Assembly (NCBI GenBank): GCA_013359225.1
Contig: JABWCG010000001.1
Location: 70,410-134,409, forward strand
DNA length: 64,000 nt
Origin: Candidatus Buchananbacteria bacterium
GTDB lineage: Bacteria; Patescibacteriota; Patescibacteriia; Buchananbacterales; UBA6539
Direction: 5' to 3'
Of the stretch, positions 39,038-49,127 are shown one piece after another. The notes under the pieces were generated by a model, which had not been told where the DNA came from, ran no database searches, and saw nothing but the letters and a program-made list of their open reading frames with translations. Numbering within the stretch: the first letter of the stretch is position 1; every line of letters starts with the position of its first letter. Made by a program: the position numbers and the translations under genes.

Positions 39038-39821
39038 GATTAAACTAAAATTTAAAAAATCTCTTTTATTAAGTTTTTTTGGCGGTAATTTTTTTGATAA
39101 AAGTAAACTGTTTATTTTGCCGTTTTGGATAAGTTTAGAAAAGAAATTTAAATTTGTTCCTAATTTCAGCTTGTGGGTAACCGTCAGTTTAACGGCTCGC
39201 TCAGCTAAAATTAAAATAACAGATGCTTACGATTATGACACATTATACGATGTCTTTGTTAATCGTGAATATTCTTTGCCAAATGATTTTTCCCCAAAAA
39301 CGATTTTTGATCTTGGCGGCCATGTGGGGTATACGGCAGTATATTTTCATTTGATGTATCCGGATGCAACGATATATGTTTTTGAGCCAAGCCATGATAA
39401 CTTTGTCAAATTAAAAGATAATACATCAGCGATTGCGGCAATCAAAATTTTTAATGTTGCAGTGGCCGCCACATCCGGTCAATTACCGTTTTACCATAAC
39501 CCCAAAAAATCAACTTCGTCATCGCTAGTCATTCGGGGTAATGATGGACCGTCGGAAACGGTTGAGGCAAAAACTATTGATCAGCTAATGGATGAATTAA
39601 ATATTTCTAAAATTGATCTTCTGAAATTTGATATTGAGGGCAGTGAGTACGATGTTTTTAAGGGTTCTAATCGTTTGTCTGACATTGCAGTTTTGATTGG
39701 GGAGCTCCACCCCAATCTGATTGGGGTGTCGGTTGATGATTTCTATCATTTATTTAACGGTTTTGAAGTGACAATCGATCAAAAAACCCGTGAAAAGTCT
39801 AAATTTTTAGCCAAAAAGTAG
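39030..39821 (+). CDS. FkbM-family methyltransferase
   Basis: IFDLGGHVG, FEP, LLKFDIEGSE. Confidence 0.9.
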   Translation: MNKIKLKFKKSLLLSFFGGNFFDKSKLFILPFWISLEKKFKFVPNFSLWVTVSLTARSAKIKITDAYDYDTLYDVFVNREYSLPNDFSPKTIFDLGGHVGYTAVYFHLMYPDATIYVFEPSHDNFVKLKDNTSAIAAIKIFNVAVAATSGQLPFYHNPKKSTSSSLVIRGNDGPSETVEAKTIDQLMDELNISKIDLLKFDIEGSEYDVFKGSNRLSDIAVLIGELHPNLIGVSVDDFYHLFNGFEVTIDQKTREKSKFLAKK

Positions 39822-39826
39822 TATTT

Positions 39827-39866
39827 TGATACTTATTGACACTTTATGACACTTATTGATATAATA
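39827..39866 (+). promoter_or_regulatory. Sigma70 promoter overlaid by four 10-bp phased direct repeats
   Basis: TGATACTTAT TGACACTTTA TGACACTTAT TGATATAATA; TTGACA(39836)-N18-TATAAT(39860). Confidence 0.7.
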
Positions 39867-39872
39867 AGTGAT

Positions 39873-40121
39873 ATGTCAGAAGAAATTAAACCAAACGCTG
39901 TTTACACCACCGAAGAGGCAGAAAAACTGCTTAAAGTGAGTAACAGCACTATTAAACGGATGCTTAAACGTGGTCTGATTAAAGCCAATAAGGTTGGTCG
40001 ACAGTACCGGATTTTGGGCAAGGAGATTCTGCGGTTGGTATCGCCGGAAATTGAACAGCAGGCAATTAAGTCTTATTTGAGTATTAAAGGTAAGGTCGTT
40101 AATAAAATAAACAAATGGTAA
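39873..40121 (+). CDS. Small Xis/BldC-like HTH_17 DNA-binding protein
   Basis: YTTEEAEKLLKVSNSTIKRMLKRGLIKANKVGRQYRI; ATG at 39873 lies just downstream of the -10. Confidence 0.88.
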   Translation: MSEEIKPNAVYTTEEAEKLLKVSNSTIKRMLKRGLIKANKVGRQYRILGKEILRLVSPEIEQQAIKSYLSIKGKVVNKINKW

Positions 40122-41923
40122 TGGCTACGCTGGCTTTAAAAGACAATCGGGTTTTGAAATTAATCAAGTTGTCAAAAAAGGCTTATGCCGATTTTAAATG
40201 GCAAATTGTACTTTTGACATTTTTTGGTTTCGTCGGCGGCGTGCTTGAAGGTATCGGTATTAATGCATTAGTACCGCTTTTTTCTTTCTCGCTTGGTTTA
40301 GGCGAAGGGCAAGATGACATTATTTCAAAAACGATCAAAAATATTTTTGAATTTTTTGGAATTAATTTTTCGGTTAAGTACCTATTGGTTTTGATTATTA
40401 TTTTATTTATTCTTAAAGCCTTAGTAACCGTATTTTTAGAATATTTACGTTTATATATAACTTCCGATTATGAAGTTAGAACTCGTAGCCGGTTATTTGA
40501 AAAAATCATCAAAGCCAATTGGCCGTATCATATTAAACAGCGAGCAGGAAATTTAGAAACCATTTTATTGATTGATGTGCCGGCTTCCGGCGGCCTGCTA
40601 AGTCAAATTAGTAGCACGATAATTATTTGCACTAGTTTGATTGTGTACGTTTTTGTGGCAGTCAACATTTCTTTAGTGATTACCCTGATTACGCTTGTGG
40701 TTGGTGCAATAATGTTTTTGGTGCTAAAACCATTAATCTATAAAACAAAAATTTTTGCCGGGCAGCGGGTTAATCTTAATAAAGATATTGCGCATCATAT
40801 CGGCGAAAATATTCAGGGTATCAAAACGGTTAAATCAATGGTTGCTTCTACGGCAGTATGGTCAAAAGGTGTTTTGTTGTTTGAAGAGCTAAAAAGATTA
40901 ACCATCAAATTAGGGATCTTAAAGAGTTTTAATGCTTCATTGATTCAGCCGGTTGGCGTAATTTTTGTTTCCTTGCTGTTTGCTTTTACTTATCAATCAG
41001 AAACTTTCAATCTGGCAATGCTGATCGCTATCGTTTACCTGATTCAACAAATTTTTGTTTATGTCCAGCAATTGCAGCGGACTTTGCAATCAATGAACGA
41101 ATTTCTGCCTCATTTAAATACGGTTATTCAGTATCAGGATTTAGCGGATAAGAATATCGAAGCCGATCAGGGGTCAAAAAACTTTTCATTTGAATCGGAA
41201 CTGGTTTTTTCTCAGGTTGGTTTTTCTTATAATAAAGAAAAACAAATTTTGAAGAATGTAAATTTGAATATCAAGAAAGGTGAAATGCTGGGACTTATTG
41301 GACCTTCGGGGGTCGGCAAAACGACTTTGGTTGATTTGGTTTTAAGGCTTTTACCGCTTCAACAGGGAGCTATTACCATTGATGGTGGTAGCATCAATGA
41401 CATTAAGCTTGACGAATGGCGAAAAAACATCGGCTATGTATCGCAGGACATTTTTTTAGTTAATGCCACGATTGCTGATAATATCAGATTTTATGACAAC
41501 CAGGTAACCCAAGATCAGATTATTTCTGCTGCTAAAATGGCTAATATATATGATTTTATTGATGGTTTACCAGAGAAATTCAATACGATGGTCGGGGATC
41601 GCGGCTTAATGCTTTCAGCCGGCCAGCGCCAGCGCCTGGTTATTGCCAGGATTTTGGCCAGAAATCCTCAAATCTTAATCCTTGATGAGGCGACTAGCGC
41701 TTTGGACAACGAATCAGAGGCGCAAATTCAATCAGTGATTAGAAATTTGAAAGGTAAAATAACGGTTTTAGCGATTGCTCATCGACTTTCAACTATTATG
41801 GATTCGGATCGCCTTGTGGTCTTGGACGCCGGTAATATTGTTGAAGAGGGCGTGCCGGGGGATTTGTTGAAACAAAAAGATTCTTATTTATTTAAAGTGT
41901 ATAATATTAGAAATAATAATTAG
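40121..41923 (+). CDS. MsbA/PglK-like ABC exporter (TMD plus NBD), probable lipid-linked glycan flippase
   Basis: N-terminal TM helices, GPSGVGKT, LSAGQRQR, ILDEATSALD; glycan-locus context. Confidence 0.85.
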   Translation: MATLALKDNRVLKLIKLSKKAYADFKWQIVLLTFFGFVGGVLEGIGINALVPLFSFSLGLGEGQDDIISKTIKNIFEFFGINFSVKYLLVLIIILFILKALVTVFLEYLRLYITSDYEVRTRSRLFEKIIKANWPYHIKQRAGNLETILLIDVPASGGLLSQISSTIIICTSLIVYVFVAVNISLVITLITLVVGAIMFLVLKPLIYKTKIFAGQRVNLNKDIAHHIGENIQGIKTVKSMVASTAVWSKGVLLFEELKRLTIKLGILKSFNASLIQPVGVIFVSLLFAFTYQSETFNLAMLIAIVYLIQQIFVYVQQLQRTLQSMNEFLPHLNTVIQYQDLADKNIEADQGSKNFSFESELVFSQVGFSYNKEKQILKNVNLNIKKGEMLGLIGPSGVGKTTLVDLVLRLLPLQQGAITIDGGSINDIKLDEWRKNIGYVSQDIFLVNATIADNIRFYDNQVTQDQIISAAKMANIYDFIDGLPEKFNTMVGDRGLMLSAGQRQRLVIARILARNPQILILDEATSALDNESEAQIQSVIRNLKGKITVLAIAHRLSTIMDSDRLVVLDAGNIVEEGVPGDLLKQKDSYLFKVYNIRNNN

Positions 41924-41926
41924 CGT

Positions 41927-42910
41927 ATGTTTGACGGAAAAACAATTCTAATCACCGGCGGAACCGGATCATTTGGCCGAACATTTACCAAATATCTTTT
42001 GGATAATTTTAATCCCAAAAAGATTATTATTTTTAGTCGTGATGAATTTAAGCAGCACCAGATGAATATGGATTTTAATGATCAGCGGATTCGATTTTTC
42101 ATCGGTGACGTTCGTGATTTATCGCGACTGCAGCGAGCGCTTAAAGGCGTTGATATTGTTATTCATGCGTCGGCCTTAAAACAAGTGCCGGCGATGGAGT
42201 ATAATCCGTTTGAGGCCATCAAAACTAATGTGCTTGGGTCTCAAAATGTGATTGAAGCAGCTATTGATCAGCAGGTGCCTAAGGTGCTTTTAATTTCAAC
42301 CGACAAAGCTGCTCACCCGATTAATTTGTATGGGGCAACAAAATTATCAGCAGAAAAAATCTTTATTGCCAGTAATTCATATGCGCCAAAGAAAACCGTT
42401 TTTGCCGCCGTTCGATATGGCAATGTCATCGGGAGCCGCGGCAGCGTGATTGATCTGATCAAGCGGGGAGAATTCAGCAGCGAGGCAGTAAAGATTACTG
42501 ACCCAGAAATGACAAGATTTTGGATCACTTTGCGTCAGGCCTGCGAACTGGTGGTTTTTGCTTTAGAAAACATGGAAGGCGGCGAAATTTTTGTCCCCAA
42601 AATTCCAAGCATGAAAATCGCCGATATGTTTAAAGCGGTGTTGCCGAAGGCCAAACAGGAAGTAATTGGTATTCGTCCGGGTGAAAAACTCCATGAGGCT
42701 TTATTAACTCAGGATGAGGCCAGGCATTCAGTTGAACTGGAAAAATATTTTGTTATTTTGCCAGAATTTCATTTTTTCTCTAAGGATGAAGATTTGTACG
42801 CTAAATATTATGACTCAGGCAAAAAACTTGAACCAAATTTTCAGTACACTAGTGACAAGAATCATGATTGGCTGACTGATGAACAGATGAAAGATCTGGT
42901 TAAAAATTAG
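41927..42910 (+). CDS. pseB: UDP-GlcNAc 4,6-dehydratase (inverting) PseB
   Basis: TGGTGSFG, SRDEFKQ, ALKQVPAMEYNPFE, STDKA, YGATK, RYGNVIGSRGSV, MTRFWI. Confidence 0.93.
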   Translation: MFDGKTILITGGTGSFGRTFTKYLLDNFNPKKIIIFSRDEFKQHQMNMDFNDQRIRFFIGDVRDLSRLQRALKGVDIVIHASALKQVPAMEYNPFEAIKTNVLGSQNVIEAAIDQQVPKVLLISTDKAAHPINLYGATKLSAEKIFIASNSYAPKKTVFAAVRYGNVIGSRGSVIDLIKRGEFSSEAVKITDPEMTRFWITLRQACELVVFALENMEGGEIFVPKIPSMKIADMFKAVLPKAKQEVIGIRPGEKLHEALLTQDEARHSVELEKYFVILPEFHFFSKDEDLYAKYYDSGKKLEPNFQYTSDKNHDWLTDEQMKDLVKN

Positions 42911-42917
42911 AGTTATT

Positions 42918-44018
42918 ATGATCCCATACGGCAGACAAACAATTGATGAAAAAGACATTGCGGCAGTTGTTAAGGTTTTAAAATCAGATTGGCTGACTCA
43001 GGGTCCGAAAGTTTTAGAGTTTGAAACAGCGTTGGCAAAATATTGCGGTGCCAAATATGCCGTGGTTGCCAGCAATGGTACGGCGGCGTTGTTGCTGGCT
43101 TATCTGGCCGGCGGCATTAAAAAAGGTGATGAGGTAATTACGACGCCAAATACGTTTGTTGCGACGAGTAATATGCTTTTGGTTTTAGGTGCCAGACCGG
43201 TTTTTTGTGATATTCGTCTTGACACCTATAATATCGACGAATCAAAAATTGAAAAATTGATCACTAAAAAAACCAAAGCCATTGTTCCTGTTCATTTTGG
43301 CGGCCAACCGGTGGCATTAGACGTTATTAGAAAAATTGCCCGGCGACACAAACTGCTCGTGATTGAAGACGCCTGCCATAGTTTAGGGGCAAAATATAAG
43401 AATAAAAAAATCGGCAGCATTTCTGATATGACCGTTTTTAGTTTTCATCCAGTTAAAAGTATTGCTACTGGCGAAGGTGGGGCGGTTTTGACCAACGATA
43501 AAAATGTATACCATCAGCTAAAGCTATTGCGTAGCCACGGTATCACCAAGGATGCTAAAGGTTTTAATGTTATGACTGAGTTGGGCCATAACTTTCGTTT
43601 GACGGACATTCAGGCAGCTTTGGGAATTAGCCAATTGAAGAAGATAAATCAATTTGTCGCTAAGCGACGACTGTTAGTTAAAAAATATCAGCAACGGTTA
43701 AAAGGCATCGATCAGATAATTTTACCCCAAGAAATTAAAGGTAATTTTAGCAGTTGGCATTTGTATGTTATCAGAACTAAAAAGGCTTCTGACCGTTTGC
43801 CGCTGTATAATTATTTGTTGAGTAAGGGGGTTGGTGTTAATTTTCATTACCCGGCCGTCTATAGTCAGCCCTATTATCGTCGCCACAGATATCAAAAAAC
43901 TAAACTGGAAAACGATGAGTTGTACACTAAGACAGCTATTACCTTGCCGCTTTTTCCAACTTTACGCGACCGGGATCATCAGTATGTGTGCAATCAGATT
44001 AAAAATTTTTTTAATTAG
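42918..44018 (+). CDS. pseC: PLP-dependent 4-keto-6-deoxy-HexNAc aminotransferase PseC
   Basis: MIPYGRQ, LTQGP, EDACH, FSFHPVKSIATGEGG. Confidence 0.9.
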   Translation: MIPYGRQTIDEKDIAAVVKVLKSDWLTQGPKVLEFETALAKYCGAKYAVVASNGTAALLLAYLAGGIKKGDEVITTPNTFVATSNMLLVLGARPVFCDIRLDTYNIDESKIEKLITKKTKAIVPVHFGGQPVALDVIRKIARRHKLLVIEDACHSLGAKYKNKKIGSISDMTVFSFHPVKSIATGEGGAVLTNDKNVYHQLKLLRSHGITKDAKGFNVMTELGHNFRLTDIQAALGISQLKKINQFVAKRRLLVKKYQQRLKGIDQIILPQEIKGNFSSWHLYVIRTKKASDRLPLYNYLLSKGVGVNFHYPAVYSQPYYRRHRYQKTKLENDELYTKTAITLPLFPTLRDRDHQYVCNQIKNFFN

Positions 44019-44020
44019 TT

Positions 44021-44695
44021 ATGAACCAAAAAGGCGAAAAAATTTTAGCAGTCATTATCGCCCGGGGAGGTTCAAAGTCAATTCCGGGGAAAAACTTGCT
44101 TGATTTTAAAGGTAAGCCCCTGGTGGCTTGGCCGATTGAATTGGCTAAATCAGTTTCACAGATTGATCGGGTGATTATTTCAACTGATAGTGCCGACATT
44201 GCTGAAACAGCCAAGAAGTATGGCGCCGAGGTACCATTTATGCGTCCGGCTGAGCTTGCGACGGACGACGCGCCAACCCTGCCAGTTTTGCAGCATGCCG
44301 TAAAATTTTTAGAAGAAAACCAAAATTTTAAAGCTGATATTATTTTGTTGTTTTATCCCACTTCACCAATGTTAAGCCGCTCTCGGGTTGAAGAAGCCTT
44401 GTTGATGCTGGAAAGTTCTGATTGTAACAGTGTAGTGAGCGTCGTAGAAGACCATGGGCGGTTCTGGGAAAAAACGGAAGGTGCTTTTAAAGTTTTTTAT
44501 CCCAAAGATCGTCTTAACCGTCAGTATTTTCAGCCACTATATAGAGAAAATGGCGCAATTTATTTTTCGCGCTATGTGGTATTAATGAATCAGAATAAAA
44601 TCATTGACGAATCAGCTGTTAAATTATTGGTGATGGCGCCGGATGAATCAGTTGATATTGATAATTGGGCTGATTTAGCAAAGGCAAAGAGGTGA
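44021..44695 (+). CDS. pseF: CMP-nonulosonate synthetase (PseF/NeuA) 1
   Basis: ARGGSKSIPGKN, PFMRP, PTSP, ENGAIY, VDID. Confidence 0.8.
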   Translation: MNQKGEKILAVIIARGGSKSIPGKNLLDFKGKPLVAWPIELAKSVSQIDRVIISTDSADIAETAKKYGAEVPFMRPAELATDDAPTLPVLQHAVKFLEENQNFKADIILLFYPTSPMLSRSRVEEALLMLESSDCNSVVSVVEDHGRFWEKTEGAFKVFYPKDRLNRQYFQPLYRENGAIYFSRYVVLMNQNKIIDESAVKLLVMAPDESVDIDNWADLAKAKR

Positions 44696-44702
44696 AAAGA
44701 TT

Positions 44703-45314
44703 ATGGATTTTGACGGGTTAATTACTTTTTCAGGAGGATTAAAGCAGAGCAAAGACGGTTCCTGGCGAACTACTAATTTTAATGAAGCGGGCGATAAATC
44801 GGGGGTGCTTGGCGATCGATTACGAATTTTAGCGGCAGCGCATTTAGCAAAAATATACCCGCAGGCGACAGTATTCGTTTTGGGGGGCAGAGGTTATCAG
44901 ACTATTAATCCGCAAGCACCAAAGATTTCTGATGTCATGGAGCGCGAACTTGTTGAATTAGGTGTCGCTAAGAATCGGATAATTAAAGATGGCGAATCAG
45001 GCAGTTCATATGAGCAATTACGGTATGTGAATAGTCTAGTAAAAAACCAGCGTTTGAAAAAAATTGGACTTATTTCTAATCGGTATCATTTGCCAAGGTT
45101 GAAAACGATGATTGAGCATCTGGCTGATTTGTCAGATTTGCAAAACGCTGCACTTGAATTTTTGTCGGCTGAAGATGTGTTGATAGAAAAAAATCCTGAT
45201 CGCTGGAAAAAAGAAATTGACGAAGCGTATCAAACCCCGGCAGTCAAGAAGCGAATTCAGCTTGAAGAGCAGGGGATTACCGATTTAAAAAGCGGTCAAT
45301 ACCGCCTTAAATAA
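44703..45314 (+). CDS. YdcF/DUF218 (ElyC/SanA-like) protein, soluble
   Basis: SGG N-terminal motif, RILAA, VLGGRG, ESGSSYEQ, ISNRYHLPR; no TM helix. Confidence 0.75.
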   Translation: MDFDGLITFSGGLKQSKDGSWRTTNFNEAGDKSGVLGDRLRILAAAHLAKIYPQATVFVLGGRGYQTINPQAPKISDVMERELVELGVAKNRIIKDGESGSSYEQLRYVNSLVKNQRLKKIGLISNRYHLPRLKTMIEHLADLSDLQNAALEFLSAEDVLIEKNPDRWKKEIDEAYQTPAVKKRIQLEEQGITDLKSGQYRLK

Positions 45315-45316
45315 TT

Positions 45317-46387
45317 ATGAAAATTCCAGATTTAAAAATTATTAGTCCGTTAGGCGAGCGCTTGATTGGCCTCACTCAGCCGGTTTTTATTGTGGCTGAA
45401 ATGTCGGGTAATCATAATCAATCAATTAACCAAGCTAAAAGAATTATTGATGCGGCGGCTCAGGCCGGCGTTGACGCGGTAAAATTGCAGACTTATACTC
45501 CAGACACTATCACTATTGATTCTGACAAAGAATATTTTCAAGTTAAAGTCAACGATACCTGGAAGGGTCAGACACTTTATCAGTTGTATCAAAAAACGTA
45601 TACCCCCTGGGAATGGCATGAAGAATTGCGAGATTACGCGGTGAAACAGGGGTTGATATTTTTCTCAACACCCTTTGATGACACGGCAGTTGATTTTTTG
45701 GAAGGCTTGAATGTTCCCTTGTATAAAATTGCTTCTTTTGAGTTAGTTGACGTACCACTGCTAAAAAAGATTGCTTCAACTAAAAAGCCGGTGATTATTT
45801 CGCGGGGAATGTCTAATGAAGCGGAGATTAATTTGGCGATTAAAACGCTTAAGGATTTTGGGTGTCCGAGCATTTCGTTGCTACACTGTGTCAGCGCCTA
45901 TCCGGCTAAAACCGAAGAAATGAATTTGGCAACGATTGCCGATTTAACCCAGAGGTTTGGCGTCGTTCCCGGTCTATCGGACCATAGCTTGAGTCCGCAT
46001 GTTCCGGCTGTAGCTTTAGGTCTTGGCGCCAAAGTAATTGAAAAACATCTGACGCTTAACCGTGCTGACGGCGGGCCTGACGCCGCTTTTTCGCTTGAGC
46101 CGCAGGAATTTAAAAATCTAGTTGGTACCCTAAGAGATTTAGAAAGGGGCCTGGGCCAGGCGCGCTATGACGTTTTGCCGCAGGAGCAAGAAAATATCAT
46201 TTTTAGAAAATCCTTATTTGTTGTTGCGGATGTTAGGAAGGGGGAAACGTTAAATAAGCAGAATGTGCGCTCAATCAGGCCAGGGCACGGGCTTGAGCCG
46301 AAATATTATGATGAAGTTTTGGGCAAAGAAGCGGCCGTTGATATCAAGCGCGGTACGCCGTTAGCCTGGGGTTTAATTAAAAAGTAG
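45317..46387 (+). CDS. pseI: Pseudaminic acid synthase PseI
   Basis: AEMSGNHNQS, KLQTYTPDTIT, TPWEWH, KIASFE, C-terminal SAF domain (RSIRPGHGL). Confidence 0.92.
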   Translation: MKIPDLKIISPLGERLIGLTQPVFIVAEMSGNHNQSINQAKRIIDAAAQAGVDAVKLQTYTPDTITIDSDKEYFQVKVNDTWKGQTLYQLYQKTYTPWEWHEELRDYAVKQGLIFFSTPFDDTAVDFLEGLNVPLYKIASFELVDVPLLKKIASTKKPVIISRGMSNEAEINLAIKTLKDFGCPSISLLHCVSAYPAKTEEMNLATIADLTQRFGVVPGLSDHSLSPHVPAVALGLGAKVIEKHLTLNRADGGPDAAFSLEPQEFKNLVGTLRDLERGLGQARYDVLPQEQENIIFRKSLFVVADVRKGETLNKQNVRSIRPGHGLEPKYYDEVLGKEAAVDIKRGTPLAWGLIKK

Positions 46388-46389
46388 CT

Positions 46390-46848
46390 ATGACTGAATC
46401 ATCACTGAAAGTACGCCCAGCCGTTCAAGCGGATTCACGCCGAGTGTGGGAAATTCGTAATCATCCGCAGGTTCGCGAAGTTTCTGGCAACCCACAGGCT
46501 TTTAGTTTTGAATCGCACAATGCGTGGTTTGAAAATAAATATTTCAGCGCTGGCGATAACCGTTGTTACGTATTGGAGGTTGCCGAGGTAGTTTCTGGCT
46601 ATTGTCGTCTTGATTTTGATCAGCAAAAAAAGTGGTATGTTATTTCAATTGCCCTTGATCCAGAGTTGCAGGGGAGGGGTTTAGGCAATTATCTGTTGCA
46701 AGAGGTGATTAAGAATTTTGACCGGCAAGTTAAAATTTTTGCGGAAATAAAAAAAACTAATGCTCCTTCGCTAAAACTTTTTGAAAAGAATGGCTTTAAG
46801 ATTTTTGATGAAGACGAAAATAATTTTTATCTGAACTATGGAGAATAA
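46390..46848 (+). CDS. pseH: GNAT N-acyltransferase, PseH-like
   Basis: IRNHPQVR...HNAWF, QGRGLG, NAPSLKLFEKNGF. Confidence 0.7.
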   Translation: MTESSLKVRPAVQADSRRVWEIRNHPQVREVSGNPQAFSFESHNAWFENKYFSAGDNRCYVLEVAEVVSGYCRLDFDQQKKWYVISIALDPELQGRGLGNYLLQEVIKNFDRQVKIFAEIKKTNAPSLKLFEKNGFKIFDEDENNFYLNYGE

Positions 46849-48367
46849 TAATGAATTTAATTTATCGGGCCGACGGGTTTTGATTTTTATCCAGCGTGGA
46901 TGGGGGTTACGGGTCGGTCATTTTTTGGCTAAGAAATTGCAGGCTCAAGGTTGTACTTTGGCGGCGTTAACCTACAAGAAAAGCACTCATCAGTCCGCGC
47001 TTAATCAGACTGAAGTTAAATATGAGATGATTATTAATAACGATGAAGTAATGGAAGACCCCGGAAAATATTTAGCGACTGATGATTATACTTTAGAACA
47101 AATTTGCAGCGATTTAGGGATTGATTCTGTCTGGCCGATTATTGGCACTCTGCGTTGGCACGTTAAAAGTTATCGCGACGCTTATTATTACGGCTATAAG
47201 CAGAATGTTAGCGATGAAGAAATTATCCTTTATGTTAAGGCGGTATATAAATATGTTAATAAAATTTTGGATGAGTTTAAACCGGAAGTTATTATTGCTC
47301 CAAACTTTTTGGAGTTATCGCACATCTTTGTAAATATTTTAGCCGCTAAACGAGGAATCACGATGATGGCGGCAACGGATTGTAAGATTCAGGGCAAAAG
47401 TATTTTTTCGTATAGTTATCTAAATGATCGCGGCCCATTTTATGATTATGTTGACGGATTAAACGATAAAAAGTTCACCAGTCACAACGTGCCCGCTGCT
47501 CAAAAATATATTAAAGAGTTTAGAGAATCGTTTAAAGTGCCAAAATATTCACAGCGCATTAATAAGCGGTATGCTTCGTGGCGGGGCAAAATCAAGCGTG
47601 AATTAAAAGTTTTTTATGATATTTTTAATTATTTTAAATATGGCAAAGTTAATGCCCTGAAAAATATTGGTCCTAGTATTGATTACCGCACACCAAGAAT
47701 TATTCTTCGTGATCATCTGGCCAAGCGGCGTTATCGCCGGGCAGCCGACCATTTCCATTATTATCCCTTTAATAAATTAGACAAGTTTGTCTATTTCCCG
47801 TTGCAGTTCCAGCCCGAAGCTACGATCGATGTTATGGCGGCACGGTTTAATAATCAGATTGAAACTGCCCGGCAAGTTGCAATGTCATTGCCTGATGATT
47901 ATACTCTGGCAGTAAAGGATCATCCCGCGATGCTTGGCATGCGAAGCCGGTCCTATTTGGAGAAGCTAAGCCGAACGCCGAACGTCAAATTAATTGATTA
48001 TCGCATCCCGACTAAAGACATTTTGCAAAAAACTGCTTTAATTATTAGTCCAAGCAGCACTACAGTGGCTGAGGCGGCGTTTTATAATAAACCGGCAATT
48101 CAGTTGGGAGATTTGGGGACAACTTTAAAATTGCCTAACGTATTTTGGCACAATAATTTGGCAACGTTATCAGGTAAAATTAAAGAAATCATCAAGCTTG
48201 ATTTGCACACTGATGAATACGAACGCCGGCTTGAGAATTATGTTGCTGCGGCGATTGACACAGGTTTTGATTTTGATTATGTAAGTGCCTGGGAAGAGGG
48301 TAAGGGAAATCTGGAAGAGTTGTGGCCGGTCTATCGGCGTGAGATTATTAATTGTTTAAAGCCATAA
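46838..48367 (+). CDS. KpsS/Capsule_synth-like GT-B protein, candidate nonulosonyl transferase
   Basis: YFPLQFQPEA, VKDHP, SSTTVAEAAFYNKP. Confidence 0.7.
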   Translation: MENNNEFNLSGRRVLIFIQRGWGLRVGHFLAKKLQAQGCTLAALTYKKSTHQSALNQTEVKYEMIINNDEVMEDPGKYLATDDYTLEQICSDLGIDSVWPIIGTLRWHVKSYRDAYYYGYKQNVSDEEIILYVKAVYKYVNKILDEFKPEVIIAPNFLELSHIFVNILAAKRGITMMAATDCKIQGKSIFSYSYLNDRGPFYDYVDGLNDKKFTSHNVPAAQKYIKEFRESFKVPKYSQRINKRYASWRGKIKRELKVFYDIFNYFKYGKVNALKNIGPSIDYRTPRIILRDHLAKRRYRRAADHFHYYPFNKLDKFVYFPLQFQPEATIDVMAARFNNQIETARQVAMSLPDDYTLAVKDHPAMLGMRSRSYLEKLSRTPNVKLIDYRIPTKDILQKTALIISPSSTTVAEAAFYNKPAIQLGDLGTTLKLPNVFWHNNLATLSGKIKEIIKLDLHTDEYERRLENYVAAAIDTGFDFDYVSAWEEGKGNLEELWPVYRREIINCLKP

Positions 48368-48371
48368 GCAT

Positions 48372-49127
48372 ATGAATTTTATGGTTCGACCGTCAAAATC
48401 ATTTTTATTTGACCTGCTGGAGTCTAAATTGTGCCGCTTGTCCGGAGAAGTTGGGTTAGATGCAGCGTGTGATAATATGAAAAACCGGCGGATGTTTAAA
48501 ACCAAAAAATATATTGGCTTAGATATTAATCTTGAGACTTTAATTAAGGTGTCATCGAAATCAACTGTCCTTCAATCGCAGCAGCTGTATTCGGTGCATG
48601 CGGATATGGCGAATCTGAATGGTCTGACAAAAAACAGCTGTGATGTTGTCGTTTCAACTAATACCATCTATCAGATTCCTAAGAACCTTCAAGCTAATGT
48701 AATTTTAAATCTTTGTGAGATGGTCAACAGTCGCGGTACATTCATTTGTGAATTATCACTTAATGATCAATTCGATGAGCTGTTGGCGATTATTAAAAAA
48801 TATTTTGTCAAAATGCAGATATATTACTATAAAAATTGGTTAAGTCAAAAATATGAAAAAATTTTTGAACGAGATGGCTACTTGGGGTCCCATCCCATTG
48901 CGAGTAAAAAATTTTTTAGATTTTTAGCTTGGCTGATTAGTCGGGGTGAATTTTTGACGTATCGTAATCGTCGGGGGAAAAAACACGCCGTTATTATTGC
49001 TACCGCGCGGCACGAAGCAAAGGATGAAGTTTTTAGTTTGTCAGGCGTGCCAATTGTCGCCGGGAATATTTATTCTTTATTTGAATATCAAAGGAATATA
49101 AATGATAATGATGATAAAAAAAATTAA
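48372..49127 (+). CDS. SAM-dependent methyltransferase-like protein
   Basis: GLDAAC, YIGLDI, DVVVSTNT, GTFI; motif I is degenerate. Confidence 0.6.
   Translation: MNFMVRPSKSFLFDLLESKLCRLSGEVGLDAACDNMKNRRMFKTKKYIGLDINLETLIKVSSKSTVLQSQQLYSVHADMANLNGLTKNSCDVVVSTNTIYQIPKNLQANVILNLCEMVNSRGTFICELSLNDQFDELLAIIKKYFVKMQIYYYKNWLSQKYEKIFERDGYLGSHPIASKKFFRFLAWLISRGEFLTYRNRRGKKHAVIIATARHEAKDEVFSLSGVPIVAGNIYSLFEYQRNINDNDDKKN

Noticed and set aside
39827-39866. CRISPR array or plasmid iterons
   Set aside because: Units are only 10 bp with no spacers, and no cas or rep gene is present; they fit an operator over a promoter
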